A stretch of DNA of 64,000 nucleotides, taken from assembly GCF_009914755.1 (NCBI RefSeq), contig NC_060933.1; one strand, written 5' to 3'. The notes below the pieces were generated by a model. That model was not told the origin of the DNA and did no database searches. It saw only the letters and a program-made list of their open reading frames with translations. This DNA is from the human T2T-CHM13v2.0 reference genome, Homo sapiens. Of this stretch, positions 1 through 12,802 are shown piece after piece (positions within the stretch are counted from its first letter, which is position 1; the number at the start of each line of letters is the position of its first letter). A program made the position numbers and the translations under genes.

Positions 1-815
1 AAAGGTGTATTCAGATCCTTTGCCTATTTTAAAACCTTTTTTTTGGGTAAATTATTGGGTTTTAAGAGTTCTTTATATAGTCTGGGTACAAATCTCTTAT
101 TAGCTATATGGTTTGCAAATATTCTTTCCCATTCTGTACATTGTCCTTTCACTTTCTTTATGGTATCTTTTGACGGACAAGCATTTTTACGTTGATGAAA
201 TTCATTTTTCCTTTTGTGGCTTGTACTTTTGTTGTCATGTCTAAGAGCTTAGTCTACCCCAATGTTACAAAGACTTAATCCTATATTTTCTTTAAGAGTG
301 TTATAGTTTTAGCTCGTACATTTAGTTCTAAAATCCATTTTGAGTTAATTTTTACATGTTGTATGAGAAAGGGGTCCAACTTGATTCTTTTGCATGTGGA
401 TATACAGTTGTTGAATTCCAGCACTATCCCTCCGAGAGACTCTTCTTTCCTTATTGTTTTTTTCTGGGGATCCTTGTCAAAAACCAATTGATTATAAATA
501 TAAGTACTCATTTCTGGACTCTGAATTCTATTTCATTGATTTGTCTTTCTAATCTTATGCCAGTACCATACAGTTTTGATTACTTTAGCTTTGTGGTAAA
601 TTTGGAAGTGAGAAGTTTGAGTCTTCAAACTTTGTTTTTCTTTTTCAGGATTATTTAGGGTATTTAGGGTTCCTTGCTTTTACACATGCGTTTATGATCA
701 GCCTCTCAATTTTTGCAAAGAAGCCAGCTGGAATTTTGATAAAGATTGCATTTAATTTCAAGATCAATTTGGGAAATAATGATGTCTTAACAATGTTATG
801 TCTTCTAATCCATGA
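1..815 (-). mobile_element. Old L1 (L1M) ORF2 3' fragment
   Basis: Minus-strand translation resembles the L1 ORF2p C-terminus (KLDPFL..KINSKWI..LNVRAKTI). T-rich on the + strand. Confidence 0.8.
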
Positions 816-1022
816 ATGTATTTCTTTTCACATTTTATTGTGTCATGCATAGAGATTGAAATGAGGACTTAGAGGGAAATTTTTGTCCATTGGCTCCTTT
901 ATAGTACACTGACTTCAGTTACTTCTTATTGGAGTAACCTAATTGAATGTTTCATTATGTGAAATTTTATTGTTTACATACCTTAAGTGTTGGCTGTTCA
1001 TTAGAACTTTACATTTCTTTGA

Positions 1023-1329
<307 letters not shown>

Positions 1330-1612
1330 AAGGCAGGGTGTATCTTAACTACTATTGTATTTCTCAGAAGTGATGTTATAGTTATTCAATAAAAGCACTT
1401 TTCGATTGGTGTTTGGCAGCTAATTATAAGTGGTAGAATACTAGTGACACTATGAAATTATCATTAGCAAGTAATAGCTAACTGATATATTCTAAGTCTT
1501 CCAATTCATTCATATTCATATTATTCCTCTGGAAAAAAAGAGATAAATATTCCATTATATATTACTTTTTTGTAACAAGGCATATTTAATATATTTTAAA
1601 AATTCATTTTAG

Positions 1613-1717
1613 GTGCCAAATCTGATTCCAGTTTTGATGTTCAAATTGGGAAGACCACTGGAACCTATATTATATAATGATATATTGTATACTTTACCTA
1701 AGCTTGGTGTTCACAAG
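1613..1717 (+). CDS. FOCAD: FOCAD internal coding exon (105 nt, phase 0-0): VPNLIPVLMFKLGRPLEPILYNDILYTLPKLGVHK
   Basis: Acceptor ttttag|GTG and donor AAG|gttagt. The frame is open and continues into the next exons. Peptide recognised as focadhesin. Confidence 0.93.
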
Positions 1718-2140
1718 GTTAGTATGTTAATTAATTTAGTTGGCGAAAAAAGTGAGTCATGAATAATACTTTGAATTCTTTTTGGTATTATGAAATTTTA
1801 AGCCCTAAATTTTGCCATAGTCACTACTTCTCTTGTTGAGCTAGGAGGTAATATCTAAAGACAAAAGTATTTATTACAATATTTAATAATTAATTGTTTT
1901 AAATTACTTAGTATCTAAGTTTTCACTTTGGCTATTCTCTGAGATTAGGTCCTTATGTCCCCAGGATTGTTATCTAGCCCCTCCAACGCTATTTTTCATC
2001 CTCTAAGAAGGTGGGTAATATTGCAGCAAGCTTTCTTCTCAGTCTTCATTTTATAACAAGGGGTTTAAAAATGCTTTTGGTAACCTCGAGGTTGTCTGCA
2101 TTCAAGTTTATGCAACTAGAGTTTCTTCAATATTTTCTAG

Positions 2141-2242
2141 GTGTGTATAGGACAAATTCTACGAATAATACAACTACTTGGAACCACACCACGACTAAGA
2201 GCTGTCACTTTGCGCTTGCTGACATCTTTGTGGGAAAAGCAG
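2141..2242 (+). CDS. FOCAD: FOCAD coding exon (102 nt, phase 0-0): VCIGQILRIIQLLGTTPRLRAVTLRLLTSLWEKQ
   Basis: ttttctag|GTG ... CAG|gtaatt. In frame with the flanking exons; helical-repeat-like amphipathic sequence. Confidence 0.93.
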
Positions 2243-2757
2243 GTAATTTCAGATATACACTTGCATGAGTATTAAATATGTTCCTTTCACTGAAGGAAAA
2301 TAATTATGTCATATATGGCAATGCTTTGGTTTAGTGGTATTAATGAGTGGCATCAGTGATTGCATTGAAAAAGTTTTGATTTATTGTGATGCATTTGTAA
2401 TGCAGTTAGTTAACTTTCAGAGAAATTGAGAATATAAAATCTCATTTCTTTATTTCTGAAATGTATCTTTCCATTTGCTTGAGAAAGTAATGGAAATATA
2501 GTTATAAATGATTAGAGCCTTTGTAATTAGGGTGAGATTTAGCCACTTTCTTCTTGTTTTATGAAATCAACAGTACATTGGTGTATAAGAAAATCCCCAG
2601 TAATCACTATAGCAATCTTCTCTGCTGATTAGAAGAACGACAGTATAATTTGCAATGCAAATGGAGGATTTGGAGGTGAAAATGCTGAGTAAAAGGAAGA
2701 TAATGATTATTCAACTCAAGTTGGGAAACTACCTTTTTTGTAAAATTGCCTTCGTAG

Positions 2758-2888
2758 GACCGAGTCTATCCTGAACTGCAGCGTTTCATGGCTGTGTCTG
2801 ATGTACCTTCTCTTTCGGTGGGCAAGGAAGTCCAATGGGAGAAACTGATTGCAAAAGCAGCATCAATCAGAGATATATGTAAGCAGAG
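2758..2888 (+). CDS. FOCAD: FOCAD coding exon (131 nt, phase 0-2): DRVYPELQRFMAVSDVPSLSVGKEVQWEKLIAKAASIRDICKQ(R)
   Basis: ttcgtag|GAC ... AG|gtatga. End phase matches the next exon. Confidence 0.93.
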
Positions 2889-3813
2889 GTATGATGTCAT
2901 TAACTCTTAGGAATGTATATCATGATATATTATTTTGTATTTAATTTTTTAATTGCAAGCAAGAGGCAAGAAAAGATAGGCAGAGGATATATAAGTACTA
3001 ATAATTTTTTAACTTAAGTTTTCTGATTATAAAATGTAATAATATTGAACAATAGCTTTGAGAAGTATGTCTTTTCTTTTCAGGACTAGTCTTGTATCTA
3101 GGTTTGTAGGATATTTATATCGTTTTCTGATTAATAATTTAATATTGCAGTAAAACATGTGATGTTATGTTTTCTATTTTTCTGTATATGAATCCCTGAA
3201 AACTACACAGTAGACTGTTGTCATAAACTATTCTTTCTTATATTCTCCCTTTGTTTAAGTAGGGAGATAAGTAGTTTTAATGGGGAGACCTTATTTTTGG
3301 AAATGGAATTATTTGTAATTATAACAAGGAAGAAAATGATGATGAATTTTTATGTATGCTGTAAGCTTTTAGGAAAACATAAAGAAATTAGGAAGATGAC
3401 TCTGCTGTTCTAGATTATGGATTAATAAACAGGGTGGAGGTGACAAGACTGAAATAATACAAGTCAAGCTCTACCATATCCAAATTTTTTTTTCTTGCAT
3501 GTGGTAAGATAAAAATGTTTACAGAAGAAATGGACTTGATGCATTTGAAACTGTAGTCCTGCAGTTTCATTTGTTGATCAGCCACTGCGTTGAATTCCTG
3601 GTAACGTCATTCTCACTTTTGTTAATGACAGCAGTGTGAATGCTACTCTCTGAAGCTGTGCAGTGGGTTGGCCCAGATGCTGATAACATGGATGATTCCT
3701 GTTTCAAGTAAAATTTGGATCAGAATATACAGAAGCTAAGCCCTAGCATTTTTACCTCTTTTCTAAGCTTCCATCTTTTAGCAACACAAAAATGACCTCA
3801 ATGTAAAAGTTAC

Positions 3814-3814
<1 letters not shown>

Positions 3815-3841
<27 letters not shown>
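3815..3841 (+). repeat. Poly(A)27 tract with no recognisable retroelement body
   Basis: Counted directly. Confidence 0.95.
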
Positions 3842-3844
<3 letters not shown>

Positions 3845-4806
3845 GTTACATGTGTGTAACCCAAGAATTGGGAGTTTGAATTTTACTGAGCTATTGGCAT
3901 GGAAAAAAATTCAGAGATAAAAGTTATTGGCTGACATTCTTATTCTATATAATTAAAGCTGAGGCTCAGGATAGACTGAATATCAGACCAGATCAGTCTA
4001 CTGCTAACTTATTTAGTATTCCTTTCAGTTACTACCTCCAGATCTGTCAAATTTTTTCATTTTGGAAAATTATTTCCACTTGTGGGACAGTGAAACAATA
4101 GATTTCTGACAGGCAATTTCATCAATTTACATTTTGTTAATAAAAGAAAAGATATTATTGAAAGGAAACAAGGAATTCAGGGAATAGACTTGCATAACCA
4201 TGAAATTAATGGTATTCTGGGGATAGCACAATATATGTGGATTAGAAAGGAGAGGAAGGGGAGGAGGATGAGTGAATGAATTTAGCACAGTGCCTGGCAT
4301 GAGATAGGAGCTCAGTCGGTTATAGTTTTTATAATTTTTATCCTTATCATCATTATGATAGGTGTAACCACCCTAGTTAGTATTGCTACTACCACAAATC
4401 ATCTTCTGTTTTCAAATTCCTGCTTTTGTAATGAGTATCTGATACTATCAGGCCAGAATAGCTCTATCTTTACTAATCTCAATTAGGTAATTCAGTTCTT
4501 TTTACCATTATTACAGCCTTGAGTTTTTCTCAATTCAGACAATAGGATTTGTGATTTAGAGTGAATGAAATTTGTTAAAAAGTGTCTTTTTGGGTTATTT
4601 CTATATAAAAACGAGCATAAAATTATAGCAGAAAATGATCATGATGCACATTTTTGAAGAAAAAACATGGTGTTAATATTTGAGGGTCACCATTTAGTGG
4701 CACAAGAGTATAGAAAATGATGGATGCTTTTTGTTTAGGCAAAAGATCTGGGAGTGATAACTGCACTTTAGCATTAATTTTGCTTTTAAACTTTCATTTC
4801 TTGTAG

Positions 4807-4933
4807 GCCATATCAACATGGTGCAGATATGTTGGCAGCTATTTCTCAAGTGTTGAATGAATGCACCAAGCCTGATCAAGCTACTCCAGCAGCCTTGGTA
4901 TTACAGGGTCTTCATGCACTCTGTCAAGCTGAG
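4807..4933 (+). CDS. FOCAD: FOCAD coding exon (127 nt, phase 2-0): (R)PYQHGADMLAAISQVLNECTKPDQATPAALVLQGLHALCQAE
   Basis: ttgtag|GCC ... GAG|gtaggc. Overlaps ORF 4829..5023. Confidence 0.94.
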
Positions 4934-5649
4934 GTAGGCATTTTTAAATTGCTTTGGATAATTTTGAAGAAAATCTTTTATAAGGCAGAGTGGGTACAAG
5001 AATGTAAGATTAGATTCAAATAACTGAAGTCTGAGTGTTCATTCCCAGTGAATTTTTTCTTGGAAAAGTGAAGCAAGACCTACTTTACAAATTCTTTCTA
5101 GAAGGGAATCTTGAAACATCCAGTCATGTAGGCATTCTCTAGAGATCAAAGAAAACCAGACTTAAGATTTTTCTTTCTTCTTATTTATTTTTGTTAAAAC
5201 AAAAGGGAAAGTTATGCCTATAGGAGAACTCTAGAATATAGTTGCTTCTTAATTTTGTGATTAGAGAGCTTTAGAAACAGGTGAGGTGAAGAAATTGTCG
5301 TTGGCCAGTGGCACTTTTATAGCTAAAAGATTGGGAAAGAACCATTCATTCCTGGTGATTAGACTGAGTAGGGTGGGTAAATGTTAGAACTAAACTTGTA
5401 AATCATTTTCTGAACTTCAGACTGTTCCCAGAATTATAACACAGCAGAGAGAATCTACTGTTTTAGAGAAATGTTTTAGAGAAATGTGGTAATTGCACCA
5501 AAGATCATTCATTGACCTAACCAAAGGTTTTGACTTAGTGAACATATATACCCAATTGTAGTTTTTTAGTGAATGAGACTAAGTAGAATTCTCCCACCTT
5601 AAGGTTATGGTCAGTTATGGTTGATAATGATAGTAATGAATATAATGAT

Positions 5650-5810
5650 CTGATAATATAAGTGACAGCCATATTGAGCGTTATGCTCGTGTCCTTGGGC
5701 TAAGCACTTTTTATGTATTTTTCTTAACAACTCTGCAGTATAGGGATTAACACCATTTTACAGATGAGGAAGATAGACCCCAGAGAGAGGTTAGATATTT
5801 ACGCCGGATC
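5650..5810 (-). mobile_element. MIR fragment
   Basis: ccattttacagatgaggaa...cccagagagaggtta core. Confidence 0.7.
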
Positions 5811-6961
5811 TTGGTATGAGAATACACTTCTATTATTTTTGGTGAACACTCATTTCAGCAGGCAGTGAACATCATTGCTGTTTAAAAACTGATGTGTGGT
5901 AAGGACAATGCTTTCACATCCTGTGCCCAATATTTGGAAAAGTTGTTAGAACTTAATGGCAAGGGGCTATTATAGCAGGAGAATACCACACATGCCCAAG
6001 GACATTTGATTTTACTGCTTCTGTCAGTCATCTGAGATTGGGAAATATCTCTTTAATAGTTATATTACTTTCATAATAAGTAATCCTGAAATCTATTTTT
6101 AAACCAGTTTTGAGAGAAGAAAGAATTCTAAACTTTCACCACCAAAAGGTGACCATTTTTACTGTTTTGTTGTATTTCCTTTTCATTATTTTTTCCTAAC
6201 AGGCATCAACTAATTTCTGAAATTAACATTTTTTCTTATAATAAATAGTAATTTAGCCTTATTGCTTTTATGATTCCATTGTTTTCTCTGCCCATCCCCT
6301 CCTGTTACTATAAGGCTGTACAGTTTATCAATGCTTTTTAATTCATAAGAAATACCCTGAGTTTGGCACTGACTTTCCTCATTCCATTTCTCTAAGACAT
6401 CATCATTAACTGTGGTTAGTACTGAAGATAAATTTTTAGGCACTAGTGTACATAATATATATCAGTTGTTCTATGTGTCCTTTGACTAATTTAGTTAGCT
6501 TCTCTGAAACTTTGTTCCTTCAAATGAGGATAAAATAAGATTATACACAAAAAAGACCTAGTGTAATATCTGCTCACATAGGTATTAATAATAAAGCACT
6601 ACCACTAATTAGTTAAGTTCATTTTATTAGAAAAAGAATGCTTATTTTCTTACCTCTTGTTTTTCGTCTGTTCATTCTTGTCTAGAAAGTAAATTATTTT
6701 ATCGATGCTTACTAAAGCAAACTATTTTATTGATGCTTACTAAGTGTTATATACCAGTTTTCTTTATAGATATTACCAATGTCCAGAATTGTGGAATTTG
6801 TTGAAAATGACTGCATTACTATTAATTTTGGTGATAATTTTTTTTTAATGTTTGGTAATGAATAGCTGTGTGTTTAAATAAGTAGATGTAATCTATTTTC
6901 CTTTGAGGCTTGATGATGGTAGTAATATATCTTTCTGTTTTGTTTAAGGCTTTTCAAGCTT

Positions 6962-6964
<3 letters not shown>

Positions 6965-7008
<44 letters not shown>
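6965..7008. repeat. (GT)22 microsatellite
   Basis: Counted directly. Confidence 0.97.
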
Positions 7009-7009
<1 letters not shown>

Positions 7010-7918
7010 CATTATTTGTGAAGCTGCTGCTATGTCCTGTGATGTGTGTTACAGTCATAAAGTATACTTGGTATTCACCAGCTCTTGCCAGGCCACATTT
7101 ACTAACTGGGGGCTCATCTTTTGTTTTGTGTCCAGAGTGCTATTCACAGAGGTCAGCTCGCATTCTGTGAAGCCAGTTATTTTGTTTTCTAATTGATATC
7201 ATGTGTGAAGCGTGATGTAGTCAAGGTTTCAAGAAGGAAAACATTCAGCATAGTTATAAATCCATTTCCTGGTGGCATTTGGTAATGATTTGTCTATCTG
7301 TTACTGTTTAGATCCTTGACTATCAAATATAATTAGGTATATAGAAAGACAGCCTAATTTGGTAAAATAAAACAAATTAATAAAGATAAGAGAATAAATT
7401 GAATAACTCTATCTTTAAGAAAATACCTTAGTTGGAAAAGTACCCAGAATTGGATTTTGCAGGGCTTTCCCAACTTTGCCTTTGTAAAATAAGTAGTGCT
7501 TTTTTCGCCCTTAGGTTTGAAAATGAACTCTTTCATCTTGAAAGTTATAATCATGAAATTCTTTTGTCTTTGCTTGCATCAGATTAAGTTTAGAATTATT
7601 GCTGCTTAATTATTTATCCTAGACATCAATCAAAGATTAAAAGAGTGGATTCTGTCTACCTTCCAACTCTTTCAAGGTAAAGATTGTGTTTTCAATATGG
7701 GTTTCTTTAGTGCTACTTTGCTGAACAAACAACAGAGAGGGAAGGTTGTAGGAATCTTGGCTGACCATAAAGGCAAGAATTTAGTCTGGCTGTCTGGAAT
7801 TGGTAAAGAGAAATTTGTCCCTTCCTTAATGCTGTTGATGTATTGATTTGGGAATTTACAAGTTTGTTTTTAGGGCTGAATTGCTTTTAAAAAATTACAG
7901 CTACTATTTCTTGGGTTC

Positions 7919-8462
7919 TGTAATTGTTAATATTGAGTGTCAACTTGATTGGATTGAAGGATGCAGAGTATTGTTCTTGGGTGCATCTCTGAGGGTTTTG
8001 CCAAAAGAGATTAACATTTGAGTCAGTGGACTGGGAGAGGCAGGCCCACCCTCAAACTGGGAGTGTAGCATTTATTCAGCTGCCAGCATGACTAGAGTAA
8101 AGCCGGCAGAAGAAGTTGGAAGGACTTGACTTGCTGAGTCTTCCAGTCTTCATCTTTCTCCCATGCTGGATGCTTCCTGCCCTCGAACATCAGACTCCAA
8201 GTTCTTCAGCTTTTGAGCTCTTGGACTTAAACCAGTGGTTTTCCAGGGGCCCTCAGTCTTTTGGCCACGGATGAAGGCTACACTGTCGGCTTCCCTACTT
8301 TTGAGGTTTTGGGACTCAGACTGGCTTCCTTGCTCCTTAGTTTGCATATGGCCTATTGTGGGGCTTCACCTTGTGATCGTGTGAGTCAAGACTCGTTAAT
8401 AAACTTCCCTTCATACATACATCTTTCCTCTTCTGTCCCTCTAGAGAACCCTAATTAATATA
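7919..8462 (+). mobile_element. Full-length solo LTR, MLT2A-type (HERV-L; probably MLT2A2)
   Basis: Starts tg...ttaatattgagtgtcaacttgattggattgaaggatgc and ends ccctctagagaaccctaattaatata; about 545 bp. Confidence 0.9.
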
Positions 8463-9282
8463 AGTACCTAGTGTGAATTTGGACATTTTATGATATAGGG
8501 GTTGTAGGACTTCATTTTATATTGAAGAAACAGAGCCTCTGGCAATTTAATACATGGCTCACAAAAGTAGTCTCAAGACTCTTCCCAAGTCTCATGCTCT
8601 TTGGTTACTCCCGGGCTTGTTTCCTTTGAAAAATGTGGGCATTGAAAGTAGTAGTTTTATTTATCATTACGCTATGAGTTTGTCATTTTCAAAGGAAAAT
8701 AATTAATGTTCCTGCATTCTCTTTTTCATATCTTTTCCATTGAGCTTTCTCATCACTTTTTATCCCAGCCACCATCATTTGCCTTAATTTTCTTACTTCT
8801 TTCTGTCTTAATACAGAATAATGGCTCCAATAAGAAATAATCTTTTTTAAAAAGCAATTTTATTGAGATATAATTCACAAAGCATACAATTCATTCATTT
8901 AATGTATATAATTTAATGAGTTTAAGTATATTCAGAGAGTTATGCCACCATCATCACAATCAATTTTAGGACACTTTTAACTCCCCACAAAACTCCATAC
9001 CGTTTAGATGTCACCCCCTAATCTCCATATTCCACATTTCTCCTAGCCCTAGGCAACCATGAGTCTACTTTCTGTCTCTGTGGATTTACTTATTCTGGAC
9101 ATTTCTTATAAACAAAATCATATGATGTGTTGTCTTTTGTAAGTAGCTTCTTTCACTCAACATATTTTCAAGGTTCATCCATGTTACAGCATGTCAGTAC
9201 TGTATTTCTTTTTATTGTTGAATATTATTCTGTTTGGCTCTACCACATTTTATTTATCCACTTATCAAATGATGGACATTTG

Positions 9283-10160
9283 CCACTAACAGACAAATGG
9301 ATAAAGAAAATTGTGGCGTGTGTGTGTGTGTGTGTTTGTGTGTATGTATGTATGTATACACACCATGGAATATTATTCCCCCTTAAAAAAGGAGATCCTG
9401 CCATTTGGGACAGTGTAGATGAACCTAGATGCCATTCTGATAAGTGAAATAAGACAGACACGGAAAGAAAAATATTACATAATCTCTCCTGTATGTGGAA
9501 TCTAAAAATAAAGAAAGAGCTCCGATACACAGAGATATAGAATAAAACAGTGTTTACCACAGCAGTGAGAGGGAAGAGGAAATAGGAGATGTACGTTAAA
9601 GGATACAAAATGGAAGGTATGTATGAACAGGTTTAGATATCGAATGTAAAACATGAGGCCCAAGGTTAATAAAATTTTATTTTGTTAAAGATTTTTATTA
9701 AATAAGTAGATTTTGGCTGGGCGTGTTGGTTCACACCTGTAATCCCAGCACTTTGGGAGGCCAAGGTGGGCAGATGGCTTGAAACCAAGAGTTTGAGGCT
9801 AGCCTGGGAATCATGGCAAATCTTGTCTCTATAAAAATATGAAAAATTAGCTGGGCATGGTGGCACACACCTGTTGTCCCAGCACTCAGGAGGCTGAGGT
9901 AGGAAGATTGAGGCTGCAGTGAGCCATGATTGCGCCACTGCATTCCAGCCTGGATGAAAGAGCAAGACTCTGTCTCAAGAAAAAAAAAAAAAAGAGAGAA
10001 AAAGTAGATTTTAAGTATTCTTGTCACAAAAAAAGTAACTATGTAAGATGATAGATATATTAGTTTGCTCCACTGTCACAGTCATTTTACTCTTTCTTTG
10101 TATTCCATGACATCGTGTTGTAAATCTCAAACATAAACAATAGAATATATATTTAGAAAT
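9283..10160 (+). mobile_element. L1MA-type 3' end inserted into the older L1
   Basis: aaatggataaagaaaattgtgg...; flanking repeat tgatggacatt at 9270-9280 and 10161-10171. Confidence 0.8.
9715..10001 (+). mobile_element. AluJ with short internal deletion
   Basis: ggctgggcgtg...poly(A); TSD aagtagatttt at 9704-9714 and 10002-10012. Confidence 0.92.
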
Positions 10161-10422
10161 TGATGGACATTGGGATTGTTTCTATTTTTGGCTATTTTGA
10201 ATAATGCTGCTATGAACATTTGTGTACAAGTTTTTGTGTGTATACATATTTTCATTTTGGTAGGTAGATCTCTAGGAGTGGGATTGGTGGGTCATATAGT
10301 AACTCACTGTTTAACCATTTGAGGAACTGCCAGACTATTTTCCATAGTGGTTGTGCAATTTTACATTTGCACCAGCATTGTAAGAAGGTTCTAATTTCTG
10401 CACATCCTCACCAACACTTTTT

Positions 10423-11220
10423 TTTCCAAGAAAGTGATTTTATTTTTAAAAATTTTGATTTTTATTTTAAGTTCTGGGGTACATGTGCAGGATATGCAGG
10501 TGTGTTACATAGGTAAACGTGTGCCATGGTGGTTTGCTGCACCTATCAAACCATCACCTAGGTGTTAATCCCAGCAGGCATTAGCTATTTTTCCTAATGC
10601 TCTCTCTCCCCGCAACCCCTCCCCTGACAGTTCTTGGTATGTGTTGTTCCCCTCCCTGTGTCCATGTGTTCTCATTGTTCAAATCCCACTTATAATTGAG
10701 AACATGCGGTATTTGGTTTTCTGTTCCTGCGTTAGTTTGCCGAGGATAATGACTTCCAGCTCCATCCATGTTCCTGCAAAGGACATGCTCTCATTCCTTT
10801 TTATGGCTGCATAGTATTCCATGGTGTATATGTACCACATTTTCTTGATCTGGTCTATCATTGATGGGCATTTGGGATTGATTCCATGTCTTTGCTATTG
10901 TGAATAGTGCTGCCATGAATATACGTGCGCATGTGTCTTTGTAATAGAATGATTTATATTATTTTGGGTATATACCCAGTAATGAAATTGCTGGGTCAGA
11001 TGGTATTTCTAGATCTAGATCTTTGAGGAAAAACTGCACCTTCCATAATTGTTGAACTAATTTACATTTCCACCAACAGTGTAAAAGTGTTCCTATTTCT
11101 CCACAACTTTACCAGCATCTGTTATTTCTTGACCTTTTAATAATTGCCATCCTGACTGGCATGAGATAGTATAAACTTGTGGTTTTGATTTGCATTTCTC
11201 TGATGATCAGTGATGTTAAT
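10423..11220 (-). mobile_element. 5'-truncated primate L1PA 3' end
   Basis: ORF-track peptide WYIYTMEYYAAIK...SFAGTWMELE is the L1 ORF2p C-terminus. TSD accaacacttttt at 10410-10422 and 11221-11233. Confidence 0.9.
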
Positions 11221-11689
11221 ACCAACACTTTTTATTATCTGTTTTTTTTTCAAACTATAGCCATCCTAATGAGTGTGAAGTGATATCCCATGTAGTTTTC
11301 ATTTGCATTTCCCCGATGACTAATATTGAGCATCTTTTCCTATTATTTTTGGCCACTTCTGTTACCTTTCTGGAGAAATGTCTATTCAGATCCTTTGAAT
11401 ATTTTCTTCATTGCTTTTAACAATAAAAAAATGTAAATGATGAATAAAAGAATTCTGTCCTGATGCCTCTAAGTAAGAGATACTGGAAAGCACGAGCTTG
11501 GTTTGTGGGCCTTTCACTACAAAGAGAGCTTATCAAACCATAGGAGAGATCAGATGAACATATATCATGCTCTTCTTTGCTACTTTGTTCACATGTAACA
11601 TTTTCTTTGTTTTTATATGAAATTAGCATAATGCTTTCAGCTGGAAAACTGCTAATGTTTTAATAATATTTGTAGCAGCAGTAGTAAGC

Positions 11690-11900
11690 ATCTCTTGATT
11701 TACTGAGTACTTTCTATATAGTTAACAGCATATATATAATAAAGTCATTATATTTATTATCTCATTTAATTCTTACAATAGAAGAAAACCCCAATTGTGA
11801 CAGGTACCGTTTTCTTCTGAGAGGTTGACAAAAGTTGAATAATTGCCCAAATTCATACAACTAAAATGTAGTAGTCAGGACTCAAACCTAGTTCTGTCTT
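11690..11900 (-). mobile_element. MIR fragment
   Basis: tttactgagtactt...ctcatttaattcttacaa...ggactcaaacctag. Confidence 0.6.
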
Positions 11901-12504
11901 AATACAGTTTTTATTAAGATAAAATTCACTTGCTGTTATTATGTGTTTTTGGTGGTTGTGTTTGTGTTCACTTTACCTTGTCATGTTGTGTTATTGGAGA
12001 AAACTTTTTTTGAGAATGATACTTGGACTTTTTTTCTGTCCTTCTCCATTTCCTTTGCGATTGGTTAATGTATAATGTTTTGCATTATTAAGACTTTGCC
12101 TAAAGGTCTTAATGAAAAAGATGTTTTGAGCTAAAATATATTAATTTTTAGTGTTTTACTGATTGCATATTACACTTTATATTAAAGGTGTGTGGAAGTG
12201 TTTTTATCCCATTTCCAAAGATGTTAGGTTTTTAAAGCATCACATTTACTTTGGGTAATGAAAAAAAGTAGTATCACTTATTAGTCTCTCACAAAGCTGT
12301 TTTCATTTTTTCATATCCCTTTTCATTGTATTTTCTTTATTCATTATTTCACAGAGTTTCTGTGTTCTCTAATTCGTTTACATTTTGCTAGAAAGATTTT
12401 TGATGTAGCGACATATTTTAATGGCTTACTTTCCATTGAATGAAAATATTAGTAATCAATGATTCATTTTTGATTGAATATTTAAGTTGCTTCCCATTTT
12501 TCTC

Positions 12505-12802
12505 TCTTATTTGTTTATCGAGATGGGGTCTTGCTCTGACGGCCATGCTGGAGTGCAGTGGTGTGGTCATGGTCCACAGCAGCCTTTATCTCTGGGTGCA
12601 AGGGATCCTCCCACCTTAGACTCCTGAGTAGCTGGGACTACAGGTGCATGCCACTATATTTGGCTAACTTAAATTTTTTGTAGAGACAGAGTCTCACTAT
12701 GTTGACCAGGCTGGTTGTCTTGAACTCCTTGGCTCAAGCAGTCCTCTCACCTTGGCCTCCCAAAGTACTGAGATTATAGGCATGATAATCTCATGCCTGG
12801 CC
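12505..12802 (-). mobile_element. AluJ
   Basis: gagatggggtcttgctctg...ctcccaaagtactgagattatagg. Confidence 0.9.

Larger units (their letters stand above)
8855..11405 (-). mobile_element. Old L1 (L1MB-like) 3' end, split into about 8855-9282, 10161-10422 and 11221-11405 by nested insertions
   Basis: tttattgagatataattcac start. The sequence resumes after each insertion with a target-site duplication. Confidence 0.8.

Noticed and set aside
5459-5484. 13-bp tandem repeat tgttttagagaaa x2, and a similar short duplication near 6696-6744
   Set aside because: Ordinary slippage micro-duplications with no sign of function.
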